DNA from: a candidate division WOR-3 bacterium
Lineage (GTDB): Bacteria > Hydrothermota > UBA3073
Length of the DNA stretch: 64,000 bases
Direction: 5' to 3'
NCBI GenBank assembly: GCA_030606335.1
Contig: JAUWGP010000013.1
Span: forward strand, 2,346-66,345
In this document: positions 1 through 9,200 of the stretch, in pieces
Numbering within the stretch: the stretch's first letter is position 1
Layout of the letters: each line of letters begins with the position of its first letter
Program-made: the position numbers and the translations under genes
The notes under the pieces: generated by a model
Seen by the model: the letters and a program-made list of their open reading frames with translations, nothing else
What the model was told of the DNA's origin: nothing
Databases searched by the model: none

Positions 1-435
1 TTTCCAGAAGGTAAAATAAAAGAAAGAATATACTCATGTATTCCAGCAAAAATATTAAAGAGGTTTTATGGAGAAAATTTTTATCTTATAGGAGATGCAG
101 CAAGGTTTACTGATCCTTTGAGTGGTGCAGGAATTGCCAATGCTATTAAATCAGGTGTAATAGCCGGGAGAAATGCTGTGTTAAGGCTAAAGGGTAAAAA
201 AGATTACTTTAAGGATGAAATCAAAAAGGAAATACTTAATGAAATTATGTTCCATTATAGAGTGAGAAAGGCCTATCTAAAACTCATAGAAAGAGATTAT
301 AGTGAAATCTTTAATATCAGCAAGAGAGTTTTCGATGGTCACACTGTAAGTGATATCAACATGCGAAGTTTAGTAAAAGAACTTCTCTTATCTTCTCCTC
401 GTTTATTTAGAGTAGGAGTTAATCTTTTGTTTTAA
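1..435 (+). CDS. Geranylgeranyl-reductase-family FAD-dependent oxidoreductase, C-terminal fragment (5' end outside window)
   Basis: Frame 1 is open from base 1 and reads ...FYLIGDAARFTDPLSGAGIANAIKSG..., typical of the geranylgeranyl reductase family; the ORF-track M at 118 is a TTG inside the true frame. Confidence 0.55.
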   Translation, partial: FPEGKIKERIYSCIPAKILKRFYGENFYLIGDAARFTDPLSGAGIANAIKSGVIAGRNAVLRLKGKKDYFKDEIKKEILNEIMFHYRVRKAYLKLIERDYSEIFNISKRVFDGHTVSDINMRSLVKELLLSSPRLFRVGVNLLF

Positions 436-462
436 TTTTCAATTTAATAAAAGGGAGGGGTT

Positions 463-1689
463 ATGTTTAACCTTATGATATTTATATTGCTGTCCTTAAG
501 TCTGGATTACGCAACCTTCAGGGAAAATGACACCCTTTCCAATGTTGAGTTATATATAGCTATACCTTATACATCATTTAACTACTATGAATACGAGGAA
601 CAACAAAGGGCTGATTATAGTATAGATATAACCATAAAAAACCAGGAAGGAGATACAGTGGCACATGATGAATTCGGTAGAATATCTTTTCTCACATCAT
701 TAGAGGATGCACAGAAAAGAATACTCACAATAATCGACCTCTTCTCAGTTTCCTTGCCAGCCGGAAGATATGAGACATCAATATTAACAAAGCAGCAAGA
801 TAATGAGGAATGTGTCAGTGTTAATATAGATGTGACCATTTATCAAGAAGGAGTTTTATCTATAAGTGATTTAGAACTCGTTTCAGAAATCTCTGAAGCA
901 CAAACAGTAACACGATTCACTAAAGGAAACAATAACCTTATACCAAACCCTGAAAGGATATATGGAGAAAAAAGAAATATATTATATGTATATTCTGAGC
1001 TTTATGGACTTTCTCAATCAGAGGAATATTCTTTGGTCTATAGATTGACCGATACTATGGGAGATATAATCACTGAATATCCTGAGAAAAAGGCAATTGC
1101 GGAATATCCTCACTTAAGGGAGATTGGAGGTATAAATACAACAGGACTAACTACTGGCAGTTATATTATTACTCTACAACTCTCTCAGGATAAGGATACA
1201 ACATATTCTTCAAAGTCATTTTTCGTACTAGCCAAGGAAAAAGTAGTCTCCATACTCGATGGCAAAGAAGAAGAATATTACAGCTTTATAAAATACATCG
1301 CCTCTTCTGATGAGCTTTCAAGATACAAAGAAGCAGATGATAAGAAAAGTTTTCTTGAAATCTTCTGGGCAAGGAAAGGAGAAGACATACTTCTCCGCTA
1401 TATCGAGATTGTCAAGAAAGCAGATGAACTATATGGAAAAGAAAAAGATATGGGCAGAATATATATTATTTATGGTCCACCTGATGAAGTGTTAAGATAC
1501 ACAGAGATTCCTGCATATCCTGATAACGAAATCTGGTCGTACTATAGTGGAGGTGGAAAAACTTTCGTGTTCGCAGATATACTTAAAATTGGAAAGTTTG
1601 AGCTTGTATATTCAAGTTATGAGAGAGAATATACTAATCCTCTTTACCATAGGTATGTTAACCCTGAAGCCCTTAACTTAATCGATTAA
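463..1689 (+). CDS. Hypothetical secreted protein; C-terminus has a degenerate GWxTD-like motif (FW...GRIYIIYGPPDEV...EIWSYY)
   Basis: 408-aa ORF with hydrophobic N-terminus, preceded by GGGAGGGG RBS; the domain call rests on motif resemblance only. Confidence 0.45.
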   Translation: MFNLMIFILLSLSLDYATFRENDTLSNVELYIAIPYTSFNYYEYEEQQRADYSIDITIKNQEGDTVAHDEFGRISFLTSLEDAQKRILTIIDLFSVSLPAGRYETSILTKQQDNEECVSVNIDVTIYQEGVLSISDLELVSEISEAQTVTRFTKGNNNLIPNPERIYGEKRNILYVYSELYGLSQSEEYSLVYRLTDTMGDIITEYPEKKAIAEYPHLREIGGINTTGLTTGSYIITLQLSQDKDTTYSSKSFFVLAKEKVVSILDGKEEEYYSFIKYIASSDELSRYKEADDKKSFLEIFWARKGEDILLRYIEIVKKADELYGKEKDMGRIYIIYGPPDEVLRYTEIPAYPDNEIWSYYSGGGKTFVFADILKIGKFELVYSSYEREYTNPLYHRYVNPEALNLID

Positions 1690-2120
1690 TTCTTATTTCT
1701 TTTAGTTTTAAAAAACTCCTGTAAAAGATTCGAACACTCTTTACTGAATACACCACCTAAAACTTCCAGAGATGGTCCTATTACATTGTATTTACTACCA
1801 AAGGCACCTATTATTGGATCGGGAGCTCCATATACACACATCCTTATTCTTGAGAGCATAATTGCACCTGCACACATTGGACAGGGTTCAAGTGTAACAT
1901 ACAGGACTGCACCATTTAATCTCTGGTCAGAAATATAATTACAAGCACTGGTTATGGCTATAATCTCTGCATGAGCAGTTGGGTCATTCAGGGCTTCCAT
2001 ACGGTTATGCCCTCTTCCAATTATCTTATTTCCCATTACGATAATTGAACCGACTGGAATCTCACCCTCTTTCATTGCAAGTTTTGCCTCGACTATAGCA
2101 GCATTCATAAAACTTTGCAT
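1686..2120 (-). CDS. tadA: tRNA-specific adenosine deaminase (CMP/dCMP-type zinc deaminase)
   Basis: HAEIIAI...TLEPCPMCAGAI zinc-binding signature; 144 aa. Confidence 0.85.
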   Translation of the reverse strand: MQSFMNAAIVEAKLAMKEGEIPVGSIIVMGNKIIGRGHNRMEALNDPTAHAEIIAITSACNYISDQRLNGAVLYVTLEPCPMCAGAIMLSRIRMCVYGAPDPIIGAFGSKYNVIGPSLEVLGGVFSKECSNLLQEFFKTKRNKN

Positions 2121-2121
2121 A

Positions 2122-3060
2122 TCATTTTTCCTTGGTCAGGTAACTTTTTGCCCTTTTTCTAAACCCCTTGTATCTTTCTCCTAAACCCTCTGTTATATCA
2201 AGTATCTTTGAGACCTCAATTCTGCATCTTTCATATTTTCCTTCAAAAAAATATATCTGCATAAGTTTATCCATAGCAAAAACAAGAGAGTAATAAGAAT
2301 CAGGCTGACCATGCTCAATTAATCTTATAAGTTTTTTATAGGTTCTCTCTGCATTCTTCCAGTCTCCTTTACCGAAATAAGCCTTTGCAAGAATCCATGT
2401 GAAGGTTCGTGAATCTGGATATTTTTTAAGCAAATCTTTCGTTATCCTTATTGACTCATCCCACTTTTTCTCCTCTATAAGCAGGATAGCCAATGTGCTT
2501 TTAGCAGCCACACTTAAAAAGTGAGCAGAATCTGAAGCAATTTCAAGTTTTTCCATCCAGATATTATTACCATTCATTAACGGAAGCGCTTTTTTTACTC
2601 TATAGCTTATATAATCCTGTATGCCTATTCCAATATATGCGTCATATAGACTGGAATCTATGACTAAACCTTTATTCAATTCCCGAACTGCACTCAAACC
2701 ATCCTCGAACATCCCCAGAATATTACCCTTCTCATACCTGTAGTATGCTCTATTCATAAGTGCACCACCTTTCCAGACATAATTCCATGGATTTTGTCTA
2801 TTTCTCTCTATTAATACCGCTTTGTTTATAGTAGTATCAACATAAGCAAAAAATTTACTCTCTAAAGTATCAGTTCCAAAGTCGGTCATATATGCTGCAT
2901 AAAGCATTGATAGAAAAAAATATGATGCAGGATTTTCTGGTTCTTGATTCCTCGCCTTCAGGAAGACTGCTTCTGCATTATCATATTTCTCCTCATAACC
3001 GTATTCTATCCCCTGAAGTAGAAGAGAATCCAGTGATAATATAAGAAATAATAATAACAT
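2122..3060 (-). CDS. TPR-like repeat protein with signal peptide
   Basis: N-terminal hydrophobic leader; repeated A/Y/F-rich helical-hairpin pattern (e.g. KAYFGKGDWKNAERTYKKLI). Confidence 0.45.
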   Translation of the reverse strand: MLLLFLILSLDSLLLQGIEYGYEEKYDNAEAVFLKARNQEPENPASYFFLSMLYAAYMTDFGTDTLESKFFAYVDTTINKAVLIERNRQNPWNYVWKGGALMNRAYYRYEKGNILGMFEDGLSAVRELNKGLVIDSSLYDAYIGIGIQDYISYRVKKALPLMNGNNIWMEKLEIASDSAHFLSVAAKSTLAILLIEEKKWDESIRITKDLLKKYPDSRTFTWILAKAYFGKGDWKNAERTYKKLIRLIEHGQPDSYYSLVFAMDKLMQIYFFEGKYERCRIEVSKILDITEGLGERYKGFRKRAKSYLTKEK

Positions 3061-3146
3061 ATATATTTCAGTAACTTTTTATTAAAATTACCTATTTTGA
3101 TTATGGATGTATAAATCTTACTTTTTGTTTCTTATCTCTCCAATGT

Positions 3147-3339
3147 GAGATTGCTTCGTCGTCCGTCAATCGACGGACTCCTCGCAATGACATAAAAGGA
3201 TGTGTCATTGCGAGCGACTGAAAGGAGCGTGGTAATCTCATCCAAAGCAACTGTCATTGCGAGCGACTGAAAGGAGCGTGGCAATCTCATCCAAGGGACT
3301 TGTCATTGCGAGCGACTAACAGGAGCGTGGCAATCTCAT
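3147..3339. repeat. Tandem cluster of REP-like hairpin repeats (family 'GAGATTGC...CTCGCAATGAC' / 'GTCATTGCGAGCGACTGAAAGGAGCGTGGCAATCTC'); one plus three ~50-bp units
   Basis: Direct reading: three near-identical units at 3205-3339 preceded by a variant unit at 3147-3190; imperfect palindromes (attgc...gcaat). Confidence 0.8.
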
Positions 3340-3342
3340 TTT

Positions 3343-4302
3343 TTAGCCTAAAAACTTCGGATAAACAACATCAAATCTTTTCTTATAATATAATCTTGTT
3401 AAGAAAACCAGAAAAATCAGAAACACTAAAAACCATGGATATATAACACAACAAATAATAGTAAGCAGATAAACGGGTATACTCGCTGACAAAAGGAGAA
3501 ATCTTCTTTCCTTTCTTCCGTTAGTAGATTCTCTTTCAGGAATTATTATCCTCGAGATTTTGATTATCGATACGTAAAACCAGAAGAAAAATAAGAATGA
3601 AATTGCAGCTATAGGTAGACATATAAAATCTCTAACAACAATTGATGAAATAACAGCACCAATCATGAAAAATATTGCAAGCAATGTTGTCCATTTCTCA
3701 CCAAGGTATACACCTATTGTTCTCTCTTTAGTTTCTCTATCTCCTTTTATATCAATAACCGTACATAGTAAAAACACACCACCAACAGCAAATGCGTATG
3801 GTATTGAGTATATAACCGTATCAATAGAAAAATGTTTTAAAGACAACCAACCAATCGAAAATGCCAGGAAACCATGTCCAAGTGTATTTGATAATAAATC
3901 AAGATATGGTCTACTCTTAAATTTAAAGGGTCTAATAGAATATAATACACCTAATATTAATGAAAGTAAGAGAAAGAGTCTATAAATAGGTGAAAAGAAA
4001 GATGAAAATGCTAAAACCACAACAATCAAAAAAGCAGATTCAAAGTATGCAGATTTTACTGAAATAAGACCTTTGGGAAGTATAAATAGTTTATTATTTA
4101 TTCTATCAGTCTCAATATCTGCAATCTGATTTATTATATAAATTGCACCCATAAGTAGTGTAAATACTATAAAGCCTGGCATTAAATACCTGGAGTCTCC
4201 AAGCATAGTTCCACCAGCTCTATAATATCCCAGGAGAAAAATTATCCAAACAGGAATAAGTAAGATAGGACGAAGAAGAAATATGAAATCAAGAAGATGC
4301 AT
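3343..4302 (-). CDS. Polytopic membrane protein, UbiA-prenyltransferase-like (NQIADIETDRINN motif)
   Basis: 319 aa, about 8 hydrophobic segments, Asp-rich NxxxDxxxD-like motif. Confidence 0.4.
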   Translation of the reverse strand: MHLLDFIFLLRPILLIPVWIIFLLGYYRAGGTMLGDSRYLMPGFIVFTLLMGAIYIINQIADIETDRINNKLFILPKGLISVKSAYFESAFLIVVVLAFSSFFSPIYRLFLLLSLILGVLYSIRPFKFKSRPYLDLLSNTLGHGFLAFSIGWLSLKHFSIDTVIYSIPYAFAVGGVFLLCTVIDIKGDRETKERTIGVYLGEKWTTLLAIFFMIGAVISSIVVRDFICLPIAAISFLFFFWFYVSIIKISRIIIPERESTNGRKERRFLLLSASIPVYLLTIICCVIYPWFLVFLIFLVFLTRLYYKKRFDVVYPKFLG

Positions 4303-4533
4303 ACTCTTTTATTCACAAGAGTTAGGATTAAACGTAATGCAGAAAATCATAGATAGCACCATTTTAACACTACACTATAATTAATAATTTTCCAGAAGAT
4401 TATAACCTACAAACAAAGAAATGTCAAGTAAAAATTTGATTTCCTCGGTGTTTCTATTAATAAAAATGGGACACTGGAAATAATTATTTAAATCCAGTGT
4501 CCCATTATCTATAAGCATAAAGCCGAGAAAGAA

Positions 4534-5103
4534 TTACCACTCAAGATACCTGCCCTCACCAAGAAGCTCTCCGAGTCTCCTTTCTACAATCTCATTCTTT
4601 TTTCTTGCCCTTTCAGCAAGATCATCCTTTAGTCGGTTTATTTCATCTTCCAGTTTACTTATTCTTGAATTTCTTTCTTCCTGCTTCAAATCAAATACTC
4701 TGGAAAGAATCCCCCTTAACTGTTCTTTTATATCATTCCTCTCCGCATCACTCTCCACGTTTCTATACTCTTCTGCAAGGTCAAAACTCTTTCGCTCCAT
4801 ATCCATAATTCCCAGTATTTTTTGATACAGTATTTCATTATTTTCCCTTAACCTTTCGAGGTCTCTCTTCTTAATTAGTGCTGTCCTTAAGTGATTTTCA
4901 TATTCCAGAGGTGCTCTCCACTTAATGTTTTCCAATTTCTTAAGTCTTAATGCACCACCATATTCCTCTATAAATTCAATCGCTTCTTCTCTTTCCTGCT
5001 CACTTAGTCTTCCTATAGTAGGTAGGTGTGATACTCTATGTTGTACCGGTTTTGCAATAAGCACACTCGCTACTATCATCAATCCTGGTAATAACCATCT
5101 CAT
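4534..5103 (-). CDS. Periplasmic coiled-coil protein (signal peptide) downstream of ECF sigma/anti-sigma pair
   Basis: N-terminal signal-like leader; charged helical repeats; operon position. Confidence 0.45.
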   Translation of the reverse strand: MRWLLPGLMIVASVLIAKPVQHRVSHLPTIGRLSEQEREEAIEFIEEYGGALRLKKLENIKWRAPLEYENHLRTALIKKRDLERLRENNEILYQKILGIMDMERKSFDLAEEYRNVESDAERNDIKEQLRGILSRVFDLKQEERNSRISKLEDEINRLKDDLAERARKKNEIVERRLGELLGEGRYLEW

Positions 5104-5142
5104 AATACCCCCTTTTTATTAATTTTGTATTGTCAAAAAACT

Positions 5143-5229
5143 AACCACAGATTCACCCTGTTAAATATTTACAAAATTAAGTATATGTAATCATCTCTGG
5201 TACTTTATTTAACAGGGGAGCCACAGAGG
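5143..5229. repeat. Palindromic 'P' element (~87 bp; arms CCACAGATTCACCCTGTTAAATA / TATTTAACAGGGGAGCCACAGAGG)
   Basis: Reverse complement of the copies at 39064-39143 and 39295-39382. Confidence 0.75.
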
Positions 5230-5385
5230 TTTTGATTCATTAAAGATTAAAGATATTTTTTGTAAAGAGTAGCTATTCAAATCTCTTAAAATCCCTGTAG
5301 AAATAAAAACATAAATATTTGGAGAACACAGAGAATTAATTTCATCTCTGTGACCTCTGTGGTTTATTTCATATTTATAGATAAA
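5230..5385. repeat. Partial 'Q'-type intergenic element ending in CTCTGTGACCTCTGTGGTT; shares CAAATCTCTTAAAATCCCTGTAGAAA segment with the copy at 48485-48728
   Basis: Sequence similarity read directly. Confidence 0.55.
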
Positions 5386-5396
5386 TACTCCTAATA

Positions 5397-5891
5397 TCAC
5401 CACTCACCCTCTAAAAAAGACAATTCAAATACTATACTCTGTATTCTTGAATCTATATCATTATCAAGTATCACATTATTTGTCATAAGACATATCTGTT
5501 GATTTATATTCCATATACTATCTTCAAAGGTATACTGCAATTCATCCTTTCTAATGCGTGGAAGTATTAGTAATAAAAGTACACCAACTGCACATGCAAA
5601 TGCAGGCACAGCCCACCTTACTCTCCATCTGATAAATATCCTTTCTCTCACAGGTGTTGGTTTTCTAATTCTTCCTGCATGTTTTAAAATTCTCCTCACT
5701 GTTCTTTCAGATGGTTCTTTCCTTGGAATATCATCGTAAATCGAAATTATGCCTTTAAATTCCTTTAAGTATTTCTTACAGTAAGGACAGGAGTAAAGAT
5801 GTTCTTCGAACATTCTCTTCTTTTTACCCCTCAATTCACCGTATGCATACAGCACACGGTCTTCTTCATACTCTTTACATTTCATATTCAT
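5397..5891 (-). CDS. Anti-sigma factor, zinc-finger (HxxxCxxC) type with one transmembrane segment
   Basis: HLYSCPYC motif near N-terminus; central hydrophobic helix; overlaps the upstream ECF sigma gene. Confidence 0.6.
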   Translation of the reverse strand: MNMKCKEYEEDRVLYAYGELRGKKKRMFEEHLYSCPYCKKYLKEFKGIISIYDDIPRKEPSERTVRRILKHAGRIRKPTPVRERIFIRWRVRWAVPAFACAVGVLLLLILPRIRKDELQYTFEDSIWNINQQICLMTNNVILDNDIDSRIQSIVFELSFLEGEW

Positions 5892-6435
5892 ACTCCCTTA
5901 TAAATTTTCTAAGATTCAAAACAGCGTTATGCATCCTTGAAAGTACAGTAGAAATTGGACACTCCAGTATTTCGGCTATCTCTTTAAAAGTTAAATCACT
6001 TTCCTGTCTCATAATAAAAACCTGTTTTTGTTTTGGTGGCAGATTACTTATTTTATTCTCTATTAAATTTGCCAGTTCCTTCTGTTCAAGTAAAAACTGC
6101 GGTGATGGTGAGTCGTCAGATAATTCCATCCATTCTTCAATTGGGTCAACTATATATTCCCTTTTTTTCTTCCTAAGATAATCCATAGTCACTGAATTTG
6201 CAATAGTAAATAGCCACTGTTTGAATTTATTTCTTTCCTTATATTTATCTAAACTCTTAATCATCTTTATAAATGTATTCTCAAGCAAATCTTCTGCAAT
6301 ATCAGGGTTTCCAACAAGACGAAATATGAAATTATACACAGTATTTTTATACTTCTTGAATAGTTCTGCAAAGGCATTCTTATCACCTCTTCTATATTCC
6401 TCTATAAGAATACTATCGTTTTTCTGCATATTCAT
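5875..6435 (-). CDS. RNA polymerase ECF-type sigma-70 factor
   Basis: Sigma region 2 (FAELFKKYKNTVYNFIFRLVGNPDIAEDLLENTFIK) and region 4 HTH (LTFKEIAEILECPISTVLSRMHNA). Confidence 0.85.
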   Translation of the reverse strand: MNMQKNDSILIEEYRRGDKNAFAELFKKYKNTVYNFIFRLVGNPDIAEDLLENTFIKMIKSLDKYKERNKFKQWLFTIANSVTMDYLRKKKREYIVDPIEEWMELSDDSPSPQFLLEQKELANLIENKISNLPPKQKQVFIMRQESDLTFKEIAEILECPISTVLSRMHNAVLNLRKFIREYEYEM

Positions 6436-6571
6436 TATAATAAACGTAAATGATTTTAATTTATTTTGTTATTTTAGTAAATATTTCAGGAAATTATAAA
6501 AGTTTTAATGCTTTAACTGTTTTATATAACAGTCTAAAGAATGTCATTCTTCCTTGTGTTAACAATACATT

Positions 6572-6659
6572 GGAGATGCGATTGCTTCGCTAACGCTCGC
6601 AATGACATAGAGCGGTGTCTGTCTTTGCGAGTCCGTCGTTTGACGGATGTGGCAATCTC
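6572..6659. repeat. REP-like hairpin repeat pair (GCGATTGCTTCGCTAACGCTCGCAATGAC ... GCGAGTCCGTCGTTTGACGGATGTGGCAATCTC)
   Basis: Same family as 3147-3339, 26959-27008, 27310-27376 and 45450-45507. Confidence 0.7.
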
Positions 6660-6759
6660 TTTTTAATATTATTTTTTCATTAACAGTATAAAGGCTGTCA
6701 ATCCTGATTTTATCATTTTTTTCCTTGACTTTTTTTATATTTTGTTGTATAATCCTGCC

Positions 6760-7353
6760 ATGTTTAAGAATTTCACCGAAGGAATTTTCAAGAATAACCC
6801 TGTACTGGTTTTAATGATAGGGTTATGTCCTATCCTCGCAGTATCAACGACTGTAAAAAATTCTCTGGGAATGGGTGCAGCGGTTATATTCGTTCTCATA
6901 TTGTCAAATGTTACTATATCCGGCCTCCGCAAGTTCATACCAGAAAATATCAGAATACCCGTCTTTATAATAATAATATCTACTTTCGTTACTATAATTG
7001 ATTATACAATGCATGCATTCATACCTGAACTCTATGATAATTTAGGAGTATTTGTACCACTTATCGTTGTTAACTGTATTGTACTTGGAAGAGCAGAGGG
7101 TTTTGCATACAAAAAGGGCATCGTTGCATCCTTTCTTGATGGAATAGGTTCGGGAATAGGATTTACATTTGCCATATTTTTAATGGGAACCATAAGAGAA
7201 CTTCTTGGAAGTGGAACATTCTATGGATTCAATGTTCTACCTCAGGGCTTTCAGAATAACCCTGTAATATTTATAATTCTCCCTCCTGGGGGGTTTCTTG
7301 TTATAGCCTTTCTTATGGGTATAATGAACCATTTAAAAAGGAGCCAGGCGTAA
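6760..7353 (+). CDS. rnfE: RnfE/NqrD-family membrane subunit
   Basis: LMIGLCPILAVS...VPLIVVNCIVLGRAE motifs; start moved to ATG 6760 (MFKNFTEGIF...). Confidence 0.75.
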   Translation: MFKNFTEGIFKNNPVLVLMIGLCPILAVSTTVKNSLGMGAAVIFVLILSNVTISGLRKFIPENIRIPVFIIIISTFVTIIDYTMHAFIPELYDNLGVFVPLIVVNCIVLGRAEGFAYKKGIVASFLDGIGSGIGFTFAIFLMGTIRELLGSGTFYGFNVLPQGFQNNPVIFIILPPGGFLVIAFLMGIMNHLKRSQA

Positions 7354-7356
7354 CTT

Positions 7357-7941
7357 ATGTCACATTTTCTCATATTCCTCTCAGCATTTCTCGTAAACAA
7401 CATCCTTCTCATGCGATTTCTGGGGCTATGTCCCTACTTTGGAGTTTCGAAAAAGATAGATACTGCCATGGGTATGAGTATGGCAGTATTCTTCGTAATG
7501 CTGCTTGCTTCATGGATTACATTTTTTATATACCGCTATTTGCTTGTACCCTTTGACCTTATTTTCTTAAGGACAGCAACCTTTATTCTTGTTATAGCAT
7601 CACTTGTTCAGTTTATTGAATTATTCTTAAAGAAAAATGTACCAACACTATATCAGGCATTGGGTATATATCTGCCTCTAATCACAACTAACTGTGCAAT
7701 ACTTGGAACAACATTCCTAATTATAGACTATAATTACACACTCGTTCAAGCAACGCTATTTTCTATTGGAACTGCATTGGGATTTGCACTTGCTCTTTTA
7801 CTTATGGCAGGTATGAGAGAGCAGATAGACCTTTCACCAGTACCTGCAGCATTTAAAGGTGCTCCTATAGCATTTATCACAGCATCTCTTACATCACTTG
7901 CATTCCTTGGTTTTTCAGGATTACTTGGTCTATCAATATAA
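7357..7941 (+). CDS. rnfA: RnfA/NqrE-family membrane subunit
   Basis: FLGLCPYFGVSKK...LPLITTNCAILG motifs. Confidence 0.75.
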   Translation: MSHFLIFLSAFLVNNILLMRFLGLCPYFGVSKKIDTAMGMSMAVFFVMLLASWITFFIYRYLLVPFDLIFLRTATFILVIASLVQFIELFLKKNVPTLYQALGIYLPLITTNCAILGTTFLIIDYNYTLVQATLFSIGTALGFALALLLMAGMREQIDLSPVPAAFKGAPIAFITASLTSLAFLGFSGLLGLSI

Positions 7942-9054
7942 TTTCTTTATGTTGATTCCCTTGTAATAGTACCTCAGTATATCTTTATATCTTTTCCCCT
8001 TCTTAGCCATACCTATTGCTCCCCATGCACACATACCCACACCATGTCCCCATCCTCTACCTTCTATATATACCCAATCACCCCGAGTTTTAATATCGAA
8101 ATACCTGCTTTTTAAATCAAATAAACTTCTTATTTCCTCGCCATAAAATGAAAATTCACCCTTCTCAGCCTTCACCATAATTTCTTTTACCCTCCCTGAC
8201 TTATCTCTCTTCTTTATCTTCACATCCTTAATTCGACCCGGATCTTTCCCCTTTTTAGACTTAATCCTATCTCTTACAAGCTCCTGAAAATTTTGCCTTG
8301 AATACTTCTGATTCCATGAGTAGTGGGGAGATATCTCACAATAGTTACAGGAACGACTCTTAAGATAAGGTTTATCATCACCAAATACATCTTTTGCACT
8401 GGCAGTCTTGCCCCCACAAACAGATGAGTACATCGCATTTATCACAGTACCCTTATACATACATACCAAACCTCTGGTATAATCACAAGCAGCCCTGGTA
8501 TTCTTAGTCTCAGAGTTTAATCCCTTGTATACCTGGTCCATATGGGTGGAAAAAAGGTCAAACTCTTTATCAGGTCTCAAATGATATATGGCATACGTCC
8601 TTGCAGCACAAGCTCCTGCTTTCATAGTCTCAATTTCACCACAATTAAATTCACAGCCGACAACAGAATATAAATACAACTCCAACGGAACTCTATTAAT
8701 AACCATAGACTTATTGAAAATTACCTCTCCACGGTAGGAAAGTCCATTAAATCTGAATTTTTTGTCTTCAAAGCATACCTTCAGTGATGGTTCAGTATCA
8801 AAAATAACCTGTTTATCTCTATAGATATTTCCTTCTTGCAACTCTATGGAACCAGAAGAAAGTCTATATACTTTTGCACCTTTATGAATGTATATTTTTT
8901 TTTCAGAACTTATTATACCTCCTTTATCCCCAAGAAGTACCCTCACATATGGCTCAGCAGATATTCTTCTTAACCTCGGTTTCTCTATTCTCCCTACCCC
9001 GATACATCCCAGAAAAAAAGGAAGTATTAGTAGAAGTATTTTTAATTTACCCAT
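7933..9054 (-). CDS. SpoIID/LytB-domain protein (amidase enhancer family) with signal peptide
   Basis: GACAARTYAIYHL...FDLFSTHMDQVYKG region; 373 aa. Confidence 0.55.
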   Translation of the reverse strand: MGKLKILLLILPFFLGCIGVGRIEKPRLRRISAEPYVRVLLGDKGGIISSEKKIYIHKGAKVYRLSSGSIELQEGNIYRDKQVIFDTEPSLKVCFEDKKFRFNGLSYRGEVIFNKSMVINRVPLELYLYSVVGCEFNCGEIETMKAGACAARTYAIYHLRPDKEFDLFSTHMDQVYKGLNSETKNTRAACDYTRGLVCMYKGTVINAMYSSVCGGKTASAKDVFGDDKPYLKSRSCNYCEISPHYSWNQKYSRQNFQELVRDRIKSKKGKDPGRIKDVKIKKRDKSGRVKEIMVKAEKGEFSFYGEEIRSLFDLKSRYFDIKTRGDWVYIEGRGWGHGVGMCAWGAIGMAKKGKRYKDILRYYYKGINIKKLY

Positions 9055-9073
9055 TTTTTATTCTCCTTTATTT

Positions 9074-9100
9074 ACCATTGACAATTGACTATTGACTATT
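9074..9100 (-). promoter_or_regulatory. Tandem heptamers (AGTCAAT x2, TGTCAAT, GGTAAAT on minus strand) immediately upstream of the SpoIID-like RBS, inside a CT-rich low-complexity tract
   Basis: Direct reading of 9060-9260. Confidence 0.25.
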
Positions 9101-9200
9101 TTCCTTACTTTTTCTCTCCTATCTTATCTATCTTCTACCTTTAGACCTTTCAACCTTTCAACTTTTAGACCTTTAACTTTTATTCTTATCCTACTCACTA

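Noticed and set aside
463-1689. Confident GWxTD-domain assignment
   Set aside because: Only the flanking FW...GRIYIIYGPPDE pattern matches; the eponymous GWxTD residues are not conserved (KEKDMG). Kept as a tentative note only.
3147-3339. Tandem ~50-bp repeats resembling a small CRISPR array
   Set aside because: The variable segments between repeat cores are only ~7 nt, the units are imperfect palindromes of a family dispersed as solo copies elsewhere, and no cas genes or leader are present. Interpreted as a REP-like cluster instead.
6221-6499. 92-aa plus-strand ORF overlapping the ECF sigma gene
   Set aside because: Antisense to a sigma factor with clear region 2/4 motifs; the translation is F/L/I low complexity typical of AT-rich antisense frames.
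6760-7941. Complete Rnf operon
   Set aside because: Only the E- and A-type subunits are present; no C/D/G/B homologs flank them, so annotated as an orphan pair only.
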